A model generated the notes under the pieces. It saw only the letters and a list, made by a program, of their open reading frames with translations. It was not told the origin of the DNA and made no database searches. Shown here one piece after another: positions 31,980 to 46,241 of a stretch of 64,000 bases of DNA. This DNA comes from Octopus vulgaris (Eukaryota). How positions within the stretch are numbered: position 1 is the stretch's first letter; the number at the start of each line of letters is the position of its first letter. Location: contig OX597819.1 of assembly GCA_951406725.2 (NCBI GenBank), positions 9,052,001-9,116,000 of the forward strand. The letters are read 5' to 3'. Made by a program: the position numbers and the translations under genes.

Positions 31980-32560
31980 ATTGTTGTTTAACCCTAAGTC
32001 GAACCCTATCATAGTCCACTTATAATTTATGACAGTCCAGCCATGATCTTGTATAAGAAGAAAAGGCGAGATGGGACCAGAATGCTTTTGATCATAGGTT
32101 ATCTTAATCAGAGCTGCCCTGGGATTAAAAACAACACGAATAACCGCACCATGAGAGAATCATTTTGTCCCCTCTTTCTGTAGAAATAACAGCTAAATAC
32201 CCTTCAAAACATCCGACTGTCTTTAAAAAAAGCAAGAAGGACATAGTGTAGTTCTTGATACACAATGCTGAGGAATGGCAGAATGGTCTCGCCTACAATG
32301 CCCTTGTTCATTGTTTTACTCGATCAGGACCAGCTTGGTCAGGCATAAACAACTCAAACAATTAACCAAAGTACTATTTTTCGTTGTTGTTATTGTTGTT
32401 TTCGAGAAGACCTAAGATCAAAGCGTTCTGGGCATGACCATCTTATTTTATTTTATACAGCCAAGACTACACCACCTCATGTGTTGTCTGTTTACAAGAT
32501 GGCAGGTTGTAGTTTGATCGGAATTTTAAGCTATTTCTCCCAGGTCCAGCAACCACCCAA
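31980..32560. mobile_element. Cluster of old repeat family F pieces in both orientations
   Basis: Motifs AATGC.TTTGATCATAGG..TAAACAAC and CTAGAAATAACAGC.AAAT; related pieces near 2050, 6790, 20670, 27630 and 43940. Confidence 0.5.
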
Positions 32561-32873
32561 CGGTTCTTTTCACGACTAGTGAAAAAAGGAAATTATCTTC
32601 TCCGGAGAATTGTTAGAATCAGCAGCTAAATGCCTTTCATTTTGTTTGTTAATGTAGTCCAAGATAGAAATGTTCGATAATTAATCTTCGGTGTAAGTCT
32701 GATAATGCAAACTTAAAAAAATATGATAACGTTGCTCTAGATATACTATGTCCGATAATATAGTCCTAGATATACTTGTCCAATGATAAGGCTGTAATTT
32801 TGGTTAAACAGCGTACTACAATGTTCACTAACTGATGGTCACTACTCTAACTCGGGTTCTTACCTTTTTTACC

Positions 32874-32987
<114 letters not shown>

Positions 32988-33036
32988 ACAATTGAGGGTA
33001 TGTGGCAGAGTAATTTATTTTACTAAGCCCTAATTA

Positions 33037-33083
<47 letters not shown>

Positions 33084-33598
33084 GATCTTGCAGGCATGAA
33101 GCAGATTCGACTTTAGATAACCAAATTTAAATTAACACTTCAAAAGCACTTTTCTTATGGTAAAACAATAGTCTTTCTGTGACAGCAGTTTACATTTGCC
33201 AGATGCCTTAGCTAAGCAAAATAATGTCTTCGCCACTTGACCCTTCTAACTTCTTCTATTTCACAAAAAGATAGAATTAAGATAACAAGTACCACCAACG
33301 AAATCCATAGTTCTCAACGATATATCTATCCTTCTGGATAGTTATAAAAACAAGAACCCCCAAGTAAAAGTCAGTTAGAGACAACTCGAGTTAGTGAGAA
33401 CCCGAGTTAGAGGAGTGACCATCAGTTAGTGAACGGACAGCTAGTCAGGGCCACAAGCAGGCAGCTTATATAGACAAATGGTCAGAGGGAGAAAGAAGTT
33501 TACAGTCAACAACTATGAGACCCGACTTCCCTCGACTCTACAACTTTCACTAGCTCAATTTCTTTTCTTTTACAACATCATTCTATTTCTATCTGTAA

Positions 33599-33992
33599 CT
33601 AGCAGTATCGCCTGGCGTTGCTCGGGTTTGTAAGGGAAGTAACTATATAAGCATTTTTAGAGATGTAAAGTATAATAGCCATCTCAATATGGCTAACCAC
33701 AAAGGGGGGGGTGTTACTGTAGCTTTTAACGTTCTGAGATTTAATAATAAATTTTTAGAGAGTTACTTCCCTTATATATGCCAAAAATGCATTAAAAATG
33801 GGAAAAATTGATGGTAATTTATTTTTAAATCGTAGACTCATCGTAGACGCGCGCTAATACCCAGAAGGGCTCGATATGAATCACGACTAAGATACCTGGT
33901 TTTCGTTAAACTGCACCGCAAAATGTGGGAGTAGTTAGGAATCTAAATCGTAGGAGACAGACAGCACACAACCTCACTTTTATATATAAAGA
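33599..33992 (-). mobile_element. Non-autonomous Helitron E, full length
   Basis: 5' TC, hairpin plus CTAG 3', A^T site. Confidence 0.9.
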
Positions 33993-34290
33993 TTACTACT
34001 ATACAATGACGAGAACACAAACACAAACTATACAAGGAAAATCTACGACATCTATCTTTACTTCGCATGCTTTACGATTTTATCCCCTGCCCGTCCAGGC
34101 AAGGTATGTTGCAATGTAACGGTAAAATAAATATTTTCTTTTCAACTTCAATCACTGTTCTTTCATCTTTACATAATGGCAATCAATTAATTTCAACCGT
34201 TACAAAAATAAACTTCTACCGTTACAAATTGGCGATCCCGACGTTGCACCATAGCAGGCATCGATTACAAATTGATGACTCTACCGTTAC

Positions 34291-34363
<73 letters not shown>

Positions 34364-34364
<1 letters not shown>

Positions 34365-34773
34365 TCTCTTTTACTCTCTTTTACTTGTTTCAGTCATTTG
34401 ACTGCGGCCATGCTGGAGCACCGCCTTTTAGTCGAGCAAATCGACCCCGGGACTTATTCTTTGTAAGCTCAGTACTTATTCTATCGATCTCTTTTGCCGA
34501 ACCGCTAGGTAACGGGGACGTAAACACACCAGCATCGGTTGTCAAGTAATGCTAGGGGGACAAACACAGACACACAAACACACACATACACATATATATA
34601 TACATATATACGACAGGCTTCTTTCAGTTTCCGTCTACCAAATCCACTCACAAGGCATTGGTCGGTCCGGGGCTATAGCAGAAGACACTTGCCCAAGATG
34701 CCACGCAGTGGGACTGAACCCGGAACCATGTGGTTGGTTAGCAAGCTACTTACCACACAGCCACTCCTGCGCC
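34364..34773 (-). mobile_element. SINE family A, full length
   Basis: Matches 387-806. Confidence 0.92.
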
Positions 34774-35019
34774 TATGTGTATGATATTAATTATTTTTCT
34801 GGCGAAATTGATGGCGTCATAAAAAAAAATTCTGGTTGATGGACAGTTAATAATATTCTGTGTCGAAGTGGATAAATTTGCATTTGTTTTTGTTTTCGAT
34901 ACCGTTGGGCCAATATGACGATTGGGGTGTTGTTTTATAGAATGAATTTCAAGGACTGCTTCGTTTATTCTAACACAGTTTTATTTACTCTTCCAAAATC
35001 AGTTTCCATGTACATTTTT

Positions 35020-35158
35020 GTGATGGTGGTGGTGGTGGTAGTGGTGGTGGTGGTGGTGGTTTTGGTGGTGGTGGTGGTGGTGGTGGTGGTGGTGGTGGTG
35101 GCTTTGGTGGTGGCTTTGGTGGTGGTGGTGGTGGTGGTGGTGGTGGTGGTGGCGGTAG
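35020..35158. repeat. (GGT)n microsatellite
   Basis: Visible directly. Confidence 0.95.
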
Positions 35159-35531
35159 TAGCAAAGGATTGCCGATAAATTGATGCATCAAAACACAAAA
35201 TGTCTTCTGGTATTTATTGCCTTCCAATTATTAGTCATTCGCTAATTAGAGATCGATAAAATATGCTAGACATAATACTAACTTCGATATCATCGACTCG
35301 AAAAAAAAATTGAAAGTTGTGTCGCAGCATGTCACGGTCCAATGACTGGAACTATTGAAAGAATAAAGAATATGAAAACACGAAAATTTTGGAAAATTGT
35401 GGAAATGGGAATTTGAGATGTTCATGCTTTTTACTTGTAGACTGAGTTCACTGAGAGAAGAAAACTGAGTGAACAGGATGATGGACAAGAAGAGAAAGAA
35501 AGAGAACGTGAGAAGAAGGGAGAGACGAGCT

Positions 35532-35570
<39 letters not shown>

Positions 35571-36636
35571 AGACAGAGAGACAGACAGGGAAGAATAAGA
35601 GAACGACAGGAAAGCGAATTAATACGAGAGAGGTGAGAGAAAGAGAGAGAGAAATGAGAGGAGAGAGTAAGGTCTAGAGAAAGATTTGAATCTGTGAGGA
35701 AGAGCGAGAGAGAGCGAGAGAGAGAGAGGGGGGAGATTGCAAAGGTGATGAGTGATTGGTTGAAATGACGTGAAGATGAATTTGCATCCGGCATCTGTCA
35801 TCGCGAACATAGAAATACGATGTGGGGAGAGGGAATACAACCCACAGATGTCAGCAAGCAAGAGAAATGACTCCCTCTTTTTCTCTCTTCCACCTCCTTT
35901 TCTTTCCTCCCTGTCCCTTTTCCCTCTCCTTCTTCTCTTTCTCTCTTCCCCCTCCCTTTTTCTCTTCTGCCTCTCTTTCTCTCTCTCTTCCATCTTTTTT
36001 CTCTTCTCTCGTGTATTCCTATTTTCTCAAACTTCCTATTCTCTCTAGGCCTCTCCCATACACATCTCTTCTCTGTCACGCACTTGCATTCGCGCGCGCG
36101 CGCACGCACACACAGGGAACAACCAAAATACAAAGGGAAGTAGAAGAGGGGTGCTTTAAAGGAGTTTAAAGGGCGACACGTAAAGAAGGTCCGAGAGAAA
36201 TATCTGAAGAGAGTGACATTGTCGTCTGTCTGTATTTATGTTCATTTCTAATTCTCCAGGTCAAACAGCATCACGCAAGACTTTTGAAGCCTTTTATAAT
36301 ATAAAAGGCGTTCCAACCACGACAGGCACGTCCCTAGTATATGTAAGACTGCATTGATATTTCTCCTTCCTCGGCTTACAAAATATGTATGAGACACATA
36401 ATGCTCATTTGGGCCAGAACTATGCTTGAACAGCACTTTCGCAATGATATCGATTCTTGCATATTTGTAGGCCTATGATAATGTAAAAGACAGTTATTGT
36501 ACGTAGGTCTTCACGAATATTTTAGACATCAAATTTGGGGTATAGGTTTGTTTTCCCTTTGCTTAAGACCACAAAAGGTGCCTGAGATAATGCAATCGGT
36601 TTAGTTCATGAAAAATGCTTAACTGAAAGTAAGTAG

Positions 36637-37055
36637 GGCGCAGGAGTGGCTGTGTGGTAAGTAGCTTGCTAACCAACCACATGGTTCCGGGTTCAGTCCC
36701 ACTGCGTGGCATCTTGGGCAAGTGTCTTCTGCTATAGCCCCGGGCCGACCAATGCCTTGTGAGTGGATTTGGTAGACGGAAACTGAAAGAAGCCTGTCGT
36801 ATATATGTATATATATATAAGTGTGTGTGTATATGTTTGTGCGTTTGTGTTTGTCCCCCTAGCATTGCTTGACAACCGGTGCTAGTGTGTTTACGTCCCC
36901 GTCACTTAGCGGTTCGGCAAAAAAGACCGATAAAATAAGTACTGGGCTTACAAAAGACTAAGTCCCGGGGTAGAGTTGCTCGACTAAAGGCGGTGCTCCA
37001 GCATGGCCGCAGTCAGATGACTGAAACAAGTAAAAGACTAAAGAGTAAAAGAGAG
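36637..37055 (+). mobile_element. SINE family A, full length
   Basis: GGCGCAGGAGTGGCTGTGTGG..GACTGAAACAAGTAAAAGA. Confidence 0.92.
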
Positions 37056-37441
37056 TGTGAAGCCTTTTTCTTAGAGACAGCTTGCAAGCTAAAGAAAAAA
37101 ATCATGTAAATTATATTGTTTCTCAGTACTGCTTGCAACTTTGCCAACAGTAAGCTATGAAATAATCAAGGCCACAGCATGGACATAAAGTCAGCACAAA
37201 TTATAGGTATTCGATTAACAGCAGGTGAGACAAAAGTTTCTCAAAGTAAATTATATCATTGTAGCTGTTGGACAGAACAAAGTCATTTAATGGAACAAAT
37301 TAACCCCAGTACTTATTTTTAAGCAAGCCAGTTACTTATTCTGTCTCTTTCTTTTGCACAAGTGCTAAGTTACGAAGACGTAAACACACCAACACCGGTT
37401 GTCAAACGGTGGTTGGGACAATTACAGTGCAAACACAAATG

Positions 37442-37473
<32 letters not shown>

Positions 37474-37941
37474 TCTATATTTTAGAATTGGTTGTCGAAG
37501 TACATATAAATCTGAAAATAATACCATGTAAATATGGATCCAAAAACCATTTTGAATAGAAAAAGTTAATCCTTCCCCAATATTCACAGACAGTCATTTA
37601 CAGCTTTATAAGTCTTTCGAAAACCAATTCCAAAAATGAGTCGTTCCACATTCTCTCGAAAGTTTATACATTCTTATGACGTCAGCAGTATACATGTGTG
37701 TGTATGTATGAATGCATGCATGTATGTATGTATATATGTATATAAATGTGTGACCTAATGTTTAGGGTAGTGCGTACCGTCATCCAGTCTACCCATTACG
37801 ATGAGTATATCGTCTACATAACATATATTTTTGTCATGGTATCGCTTGCTTTTCTACTGTAGCCACGTTAAACCCTGCGGATATTAACCCTAAATGAGAA
37901 CACATAACTGCCCCATCTTGTTGCTTATATAATTTACCTTC

Positions 37942-38172
37942 AAGCGGCGAGATGGCAGAAACGTTAGCACGCCGGGCGAAATGCGTAACCGTATTTCGTC
38001 TGTCGTTACGTTCTGAGTTCAAATTCCGCCGAGGTCGACTTTGCCTTTCATCCTTTCGGGGTCGATAAATTAAGTACCAGTTACGGACTGGGGTCAATGT
38101 AATCGACTCAATCCCTTTGTCTGTCCTTGTTTGTCCTCTCTGTGTTTAGCCCCTTGTGGGTAGTAAAGAAAT
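37942..38172 (+). mobile_element. SINE family C, full length
   Basis: GCGGCGAGATGGCAGAAACGTTAG..GAGTTCAAATTCC (B box)..GCCTTTCATCCTTTCGGGGTCGATAAA..GTAAAGAAATA. Confidence 0.9.
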
Positions 38173-39211
38173 ATATATAATTTACCTTCAGGTAAGCCGA
38201 TATCTTAGTGGTTTTATCATTAGGTTTTGTTTATACATTATATTTTATATATTTTCTATTTTTCCTGCTGCTGGAAGGTTCATAAACAGACTTGCCTTTA
38301 AGAAAGTAATGACGCCTACTTACTTTATTCTAAAATCTGCTCACGCTGTGTCTGCGTCTTGCTCGATGTTAATTATTTAGCAGCATTGTGCATTGTTGCA
38401 TTTATCTGAGATATTCTGAGTCGGAGACGTTTTGTTTGTGTATTTTCACCGTTTCTTACATATGTGCCGGGTAAAAATCACCTTCACCTAAGGGGTCAAT
38501 AAAGGAAACTCATTTGTTTACTGCTATAATTAAACTTTTAATTGGACACTCCTGTCTTTCTAGACCCTATCGTTCGGAACATACCGGGAGTAAAACTGGA
38601 AAAATCCCAGAATGGTTTTGAGTTTCTTTGCACTGTGATGAGCTGATGCATCTAGGAAAGCGCAAATTTTGTCCATAATCTGGGTTTTGGAGTCGATTCA
38701 TAACCTAGACAGGTGACGGGTGGTGTCATAAACTTACACTTATGAAGGAGAACGCGCAAAACGAAATGCTGTAAACTCGATGTTAATGCTCGGTCTCATG
38801 CTATCAACAGATTCTCCATATAACATTGACAGATACTCGGGGCCGACTTTAGCTAGAAACTGAGGCGCCGGAACCTATAATGACTATGCGGTTTGATTAT
38901 GATGTAGTTTCGAATCTGCACCCAGTATCACTTGTAACAATGCAGACCTCAAAATTAAGTTTTGTGAATTTTTGATCCATCCTTAACTTTGCACACAAAT
39001 TATCGTTTCGTGGGACAAGATATTAGTCAAGGATAGAGAACTTGATGATTGTCACTCTGTAATTCCCGTACAAACGAAGTTTCGTCAGTTTCAACAACCG
39101 CAACTATAGGAGTGACCCATTCTGAATAATGAACAGAGTCAGTAATGCTGACACCCAAGACGGTCAAGTGTTCACGCAAGGCAAAAGGTATATGTCATGC
39201 TTTGCAGATTA

Positions 39212-40561
39212 CACAACGCAACAATTTTCAAAAATATTTGTTTATTGTATTTTTTTATTGTTTATCAATCCATTTTTTCTGCTGATTCCAAAAATGAAAT
39301 TATTTTTTTGTGTATCATCAACAGTTAAAAAAATATGTCGACTTTCAATGTTATTATATATTCGGTATTGTTATAATGTTCCGCTACTAAATGTATGTCT
39401 AATTTTCTCATACAGACCAATTACTAAGTTCTACTATTTTCAGGATGGCTACTGAAGTATGTAAAAATTCTCCAGATACATTTTGCTATGTGTGTGGTTA
39501 TTATATTGGAAAAAAGCAGGTATTACATAAGATCGTGAAAGGTGCTATATTGTGGATAGCGTACAGACTATTTCGGGATGCCCATGGGTGACCAGAACAA
39601 ACCAGGGGCTTCCACATGTGATATGTGGAAGCTGTCAGTCTACTCTATGATGGTTAAGAGGTACAGGAAGGTCAATGCTTTTTGCCATTCCAAGGGTATG
39701 GAGGGAGCCAAAGAACCATCACGATGACTGTTACTTTTATATGATCGATGTGACAAAGTACAGAAAAGTGAAAAGAAGACAATCCCTTCAGTATCCAGAC
39801 ATACCATCATCTAGAGCACCTGACAGTTTACGAGTATCACTACCACCAGAAAATATTTCATCTGAAGAGTCAACAAGTAGCAGCAGCCAAGAAATGGAGG
39901 AAGCTTTCGTACCATGAACGACTTCAGAGCCTCACTTTCCAAATCAGAGTGTGCTAGATGATTTAATCAGGGATCTGGGTCTTACTAAGTCAGGAGCTGA
40001 ACTTTCATGAAGGTTGAAGGAATGGAATCTACTGGGGGAAGACTGCAAGACATCTGTGTACTGGAAACGCCATGAAGTGAGGATCATGGTGAGAGATTTC
40101 ATCAGGACGTCGCAACTATGGAAAGAAGATACCAAGGACGATGGAATACTGCTATGATGGGAGATTATATATGGTCTCTAGTCAGAAGAGATGAAGGTAT
40201 ACACTCCAGAAAATTTCGATCGTCAAAGCACTTTTCATCTTAAGAAAAGAGTTATCAAGGCATTTACAGTGCAGAGTTTTATTGTTTCTTTTTGTTCTAA
40301 CTAATATTATAATTCCTAAATACCTTTCAATATATGAAGAAGTACTAAATGTTGTGTAATTATCCTTACAATACAGAATAGATTGAACCAACAAAGTGCT
40401 GTAGAGAAAAGTTACAAATATAACGAGCAAATATGAAATTAGGAATAAATAAATAACTATCGATGTTACGTCAAAACGAATGTAATTTTTTAATTTAGTG
40501 GCAAAAAATGCATATGTGAACATTAAAAAATACAAATAAATAAAACATGTGTTACATTGTG
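39212..40561 (+). mobile_element. Internally deleted Chapaev3-like (CMC) DNA transposon
   Basis: Termini CACAACGCAACA / TGTTACATTGTG; 3-bp TSD TTA; relic protein from ATG 39445: CKNSPDTFCYVCG..GDQNKP..WREPKNHHDDCYF..DDLIRDLGLTK..HGERFHQD..YQGRWNTAMMGDY; central catalytic part missing. Confidence 0.75.
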
Positions 40562-41569
40562 TTACGGGTTTCATTTCAAAATTAACGCTTAGTTTTGTAA
40601 TGAAGCTATTTAATATATCTAATTCGTCTTAAAAACATCAGGATAATTTGCTATAATATATTTGATAACAGGTTCACAGCCTTTAACTGGTGGATGTGCT
40701 TCCAGCTGAAAATACGTCTTGCAACCAGTTCCTTCCCAAAAGTATGGAGCCATCGGCAGGAATATTTATCAACAGCAGACATAAATGTCACCCATCATAA
40801 CCCACAGACACCTCAAAAACCACACGGTAAGATGCTTTTTCCTTTTATGGGTTGATATTTTCTGTTAGGAGTTTGAGTTTTGACATATCAGATTCACTCA
40901 ACAAATTTTCAAATGCGGTGCAGCCGATCATTGAAGCACTGATCCTTTGTTAACTTTCACTTCAATATGTCGACCATTAATTTCTATGTGTACCCTTAAG
41001 AGATTTGTTAAACAATTCCCTCGGACATCAATTAGTTAATTTCCTAAATCTAAGTTGTCATCTGCAACTAACGTAGTTTCATTCACTGCTTCGCCAATGC
41101 TAATTTCATTAGGTCTCCAGATATTTTTCTATGCTTCTGGGTCAACAGGCTAATGATGTGTGGTCATTTCTGAGATAAAAGGGAACAGAACCTTCCTTGT
41201 AATGACAGGAATCAGGAGAATGTTTTCCATTGCAACGAAATGTTCCTTTTTTGTTCCTTTTTTCCCCCTTTTTGTTCTGTTGAGTGGAGCTGGTTGTTCA
41301 ACCAGGTTAAATTTAGGCTGGGGTAGCAAACTAACTGATGAAGGAGGAGCAACATCATTAACATTCTTATTATTTCTCTTCATTGCATATACAATGTTTC
41401 AGTATTGAGGAAATTTTAATTTTCAGCTTGCTAACACCTGCGGATGCGATCATCTGCTTCTCCGACTTTCAACATGTTTTCGTCGTGTTTTAGAACCCAC
41501 AGAACTTAGATATTTTTCAACCAACCAATATAATCAGAAATTTACTATCCCGGTCGCTGAGTTAGCCTT

Positions 41570-43030
41570 CCTTTGATATTGCTGCATCTCTTATGTGTCC
41601 ATAGCTTACACTGGGTACATCTTATGGAGTTTCTACCTACGCCTTTTCTACAGATCGAGCAGAGCCATCTACCTGAAGGGATTTGTGATTTGTCTGCCTT
41701 CCTACTTATTAAGACTGGTTTTAGCTAGGTTGACTCTAAGGCCCTTCGATTCTAATCCTTGCTTTCACACCTGAAACTTCTCCTCTAGTTCTGATAGTGA
41801 CTCAGCAATTAGAGCAAGGTCATCAGCATAGAGGAGCTCCCAGGGGCATCCTGTCTTGAATTCCTCTGTTATTATATGAAGGAGTATGATGAATAAGAGG
41901 GAGATGAGGATTGATCCTTGGTTGATCCCTACCCCTACCTGGAATTCTTCACTGTACTCGTTGCCAACCCTCACCTTACTGACAGCGTCCCTGTACATAG
42001 TTTGTACAGCTCTCACTAACCATTCATCTATTCCTAGTTTCCTCATTGACCACCAGATAAGGGATTGGGGGTCCTGTCAAAGGCTTTCTCCATGTCAACG
42101 AAAACCAGGTACAGATGTTTATCTTTGGCTAGGTATTCCTCCTGCAGCTGTCTTACCAGAAATATAGCATCGGTGGTGCTTTTCCTTGGCACAAACCCAA
42201 ACTGCATCTCGTCTAGACTGACTCTCTCCCTAATTAGTTGGGCTATGACCCTCTCCATTACTTTCATTATCTGATCCAACAACTTGATACCTCTGTAATT
42301 ATTTGTATCTAATGCTTCACCTTTACCTTTGTGGCAGTTGACTATGGTGCTGCTACACCAGTCATTGGGTATGACTCCTTCATGTATCACCTGGTTGACT
42401 ATACGGGTGACTAGACTATAGCCGACACCGCCAGATATTTTAAGCATCTCTGCGGTGATTCCTGATGGACCAGGGGTTTCCCTGTCTTCATACCCTTAAT
42501 TGCTTTATCTACCAAGGTATTGTCAACTCGGAAAGCTGGTCCCTCTGTTGGGTCGACATTCGGCAAACTCTCTTTCACCCATTCAATCTCTTCATTTAGC
42601 AACCTTTCATAGTGGCATCTCCAAGTTTCTCTCCTTGCAGCCTCGTTAAATGTAAGTCAGCCGTCATCCATGTGGACACATTTCTCTACTATGATATCAC
42701 GATTCTCTCTCACGCACTGTCTTGCAACACGAAAAACCTCAAGTGTTTGGTCCTCACGACGCAAGTTGGCAAGTTCTGGTCAGTGGCCCTCAACAGGCTG
42801 TCTCGGAGAAACCTCCAGTTGTCTTCCACATTATGTGAGGCTATATATATCCCCTTTATTTCGTCAAAAGCTTCGAGTAATATGTCTCTAAATCTCTGTC
42901 CATTTGCAGCATCCTTAAGATTCCAGATCTTCTCCACCATGCTGGTCGTCTTCTGGGCATCCATTTAGCCCTGATCCTGAAGTCGTTGTGGGGTGCATTC
43001 TTCACCTGGGAAAATTTTGTCATTTATGAA
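41570..43030 (-). mobile_element. RTE-clade LINE reverse transcriptase relic
   Basis: NYRGIKLL..QFGFVPRKSTTDAIF..FVDMEKAFDR..GINQGS..YADDLALIAES, with frameshifts. Confidence 0.9.
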
Positions 43031-44086
43031 TTTTGTCATTTATAAATTTTGTGAAGAAAAATCGATATACCAAGCAAAAATATCTTGTAGTGTTTTGTTA
43101 TGATAAAAGAAGTACCAGACGAAGTACTGGAGTCGATTAAACATGTTGATGCAGGTGGTCCAGCTTAATTTAGTTCAATTACTGAAACCCGTACAATAAT
43201 AAGAATATGAATATATGGCACTCTTCTTTTGTATTCACTTCCATATTGTTTTGTTACATATTCTTTGTGTGTGTGTGTGTGTGTATGTGTGTGAGAGAGA
43301 GAGAGAGAGAGAGAAATAGTGGGGTAGAATGTTGATACAACAGGCTCGGGTTCAAAGATACAAATGACAATTAGTATGATATTAAAAGTAATATCAAAAT
43401 TACTGAAAGAAAATATGACACAGGTCAATGTATGAAAATATAAAGTACACAAGATTATTCCCTTACAAACAACATCTAAATGTATTATTGCAGGCCTGAC
43501 AGTAATATGAAATCATCTGTGCAAAGTCCTATACTCATCACAGAATGCGTTTTCGTTGCTAAGTGATATATTAATTGCATGTCATAAATGAGTCAGACAA
43601 AGTGAAGCTGGAACGCCGTCTGGTGGCATTAGAACTAACTACTACGGTAATACGATGAGTTAATTCCAGAACGCTGACTTGACTCGTTTGCAATGATGAA
43701 ACAAAAATGGGAAAAAAACATGACCGGTGATCAAGAGTATTTATAATTTTTCTGTTGTTTTTGGCCGTTTCTAATGTTTTATTATTTCAGCAACATAAAT
43801 CTCGTCAGTTGTGTCACAATAACCAGGCTGGACGGACAAGTCGTCCATCGGTTTCTCGTACAAATAAAAAAAAACAGAACAGCAAGTTGTGAGTGCTGCT
43901 ACTAAAGTTGCTGCTGCTGCTGCTACTATTTCTGCTTCTGCTTAGCCCCAGGCCGGTACCAACTGAGCAGGTCTAAAATCGGCCATGACTATACCTTCTC
44001 CATCCTCAAGTATAGCATGTATAAATATGGACTATCCATTATATTTCCCCGCTATTTAGAGGGTAATTTGTTAGTTGTTTCTAACA

Positions 44087-44501
44087 GGCGCAGGAGTGGC
44101 TGTGTGGTAAGTAGCTTGTTTACCAACCACATGGTTCCGTGTTCAGTCCCACTGCTTGGCACCTTGGGCAACTGTCTTCTACTATAGCCTCGGGCCGACC
44201 AAAGCCTTGTGAGTGGATTTGGTAGACGGAAACTGAAAGAAGCCTGTCGTATATATGTATATATATATGCGTGTGTGTGTTTGTGTGTCTGTGTTTGTCC
44301 CTCTAGCATTGCTTAACAACCGATGCTGGTGTGTTTATGTCCCCGTTACTTAGCGGTTCGGCAAAAGAGACCGATAGAATAAGTACTGGGCTTACAAAGG
44401 AATAAGTCCCGAGGTCGAGTTGCTCGATTAAAGGCGGTGCTCCAGCATGGCCGCGGTCAAATGACTGAAACAAGTAAAAGAGTAAAAAGAGTAAAGAGAG
44501 A
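44087..44501 (+). mobile_element. SINE family A, full length; degraded related head at ~44600-44740
   Basis: Matches 36637-37055. Confidence 0.92.
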
Positions 44502-44863
44502 GAATGTAACAAAATAGACTTTCGAAGAATTGGTTGTTAGTCAGAACAGGTGACGGAGTGAAAGGCAGAGGAAAACCAGAGCCAAGTTCTTATATGTAGA
44601 CACTGGTGTGATTGTGTGATAAGAAGTTTGCTCCCCAATCATGTGGTTCCGGGTTCGGTCCCACTGCGCAGCACCTTAGAGCAAGTGTCTTCTATCACAG
44701 GATTTAGTTCCTGATGGATGGAAACTGAAAGAAGCCGTTGTATATTTCTTCCACAAATGTTAGGGACGTTCTGATAAAGAATTTATAACTTTTTTTTTTA
44801 ATCTTTTTTAAATTGCTTTTTTTATACTTAGTAAAATTGTATCAAGTAATGTTCGCAAAGACT

Positions 44864-44904
<41 letters not shown>

Positions 44905-44907
<3 letters not shown>

Positions 44908-45308
44908 TTTTTACACTTTACACTTTTACTCGGTTCAGTCATTTGACTGCGGCCATGCTGGAGCAGCACCTTAAGTCGAACAAATCGACCCCAAGACTTA
45001 TTCTTTGTAAACCTTGTACTTATTCTATCGATCTCTTTTGCCGAACCGCTAAGTTACGGGGACGTAAGTACACCAGCATCGGTTGTCAAGCGATGTTGGG
45101 GGGACCAACACAGAGACACAAACACATACACACACATATATATACATACATATATACAACTGGCTTCTTTTAGTTTCCGTCTACCAAATCCACTCACAAG
45201 GCTTTGGTAGGCCTGAGGCTATAGTAGAAGACACTTGCCCAAGTGGGACTGAACCCGGAACCATGTGGTTGGTAAGCAAGCTACTTACCACACAGCCACT
45301 CCTGCGCC
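44905..45308 (-). mobile_element. SINE family A
   Basis: Matches 387-806 with a short deletion. Confidence 0.9.
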
Positions 45309-45414
45309 GATTTTTTATGTCTCCTTTTTTTCGAGAACAGCTTGAAGTACTGGTCAACGGCACAGCATTGAAGAGCATAAATATTAAAGTTGTAGTTGAG
45401 AAACAGTTAGCTGA

Positions 45415-45760
45415 CATGGTGGACTGGAAACCATCTAGATATTGGGAAAAGGTTTCTTGTATCATGTTGATTTACGCTGGGTATCAAAATGCCGATACTG
45501 CTTCTCAATGCTCTATGAACAGTGTAAAAGCTGTAAGATATGACAGCTACTGCGGTGACTACGAAGCAGTGGCCAACAGGAAGGGACACAGTAGGCGTTC
45601 TGACTGCATCTGCCCACCGGATTTCATTCAAAAACTAATAAATAGGGTCTTTAGGCTCAATTCAAGCAGTTATCTGAAACTGCAGGAAAATATGGTCAAA
45701 CTCTGGTTAGAAAGGGTCACTGGTGGAATACCTTATATATGATACGGTTCATTCAATTTC
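45415..45760 (+). mobile_element. Tc1/mariner (DD37D-like) transposase relic
   Basis: RKGHSRRSD..FIQKL..RLNSSSYLKL..VKLWLERVTGGIPYI resembles the segment before the QQD motif. Confidence 0.5.
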
Positions 45761-45860
45761 GAATTTCACAAGATCATTATCGAAAATGTACTGCATTTAC
45801 TGCAGCATAATTAGAGCGTCACAAAACACAGTATACCTTCATTTCTTATATTAAGTTAAA

Positions 45861-46241
45861 GTGGAGGCGCAATGGCCCAGTGGTTAGGGCAGCGGACTTG
45901 CGGTCGTAGGATCGCGGTTTCGATTCCCAGACCGGGCGTTGTGAGTGTTTATTGAGCGAAAACATCTAAAGCTCTACGAGGCTCCGGCAGGGATGCTGGT
46001 GATCCCTGCTGTACTCTTTCACCACAACTTTCTCTCACTCTTACTTCCTGTTTCTGTTGTACCTCTATTTCAAAGGGCCGGCCTTGTCACTCTCTGTGTC
46101 ACGCTGAATATCCCCGAGAACTACGTTAAGGGTACACGTGTCTGTGGAGTGCTCAGCCACTTACACGTTAATTTCACGAGCAGGCTGTTCCGTTGATCGG
46201 ATCAACCGGAACCCTCATCGTCGTAACCGACGGAGTGCTTC
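45861..46241 (+). mobile_element. SINE family B, full length, TSD ATATTAAGTTAAA
   Basis: TSD 45848-45860 / 46247-46259. Confidence 0.92.

Noticed and set aside
34915-35227. Poly-Pro/Thr/Val ORFs resembling mucin or formin
   Set aside because: Pure (GGT)n microsatellite with no exon evidence
40640-41560. Possible hAT-like transposase relic on the minus strand
   Set aside because: Only vague similarity by eye; no motif or terminus I can support
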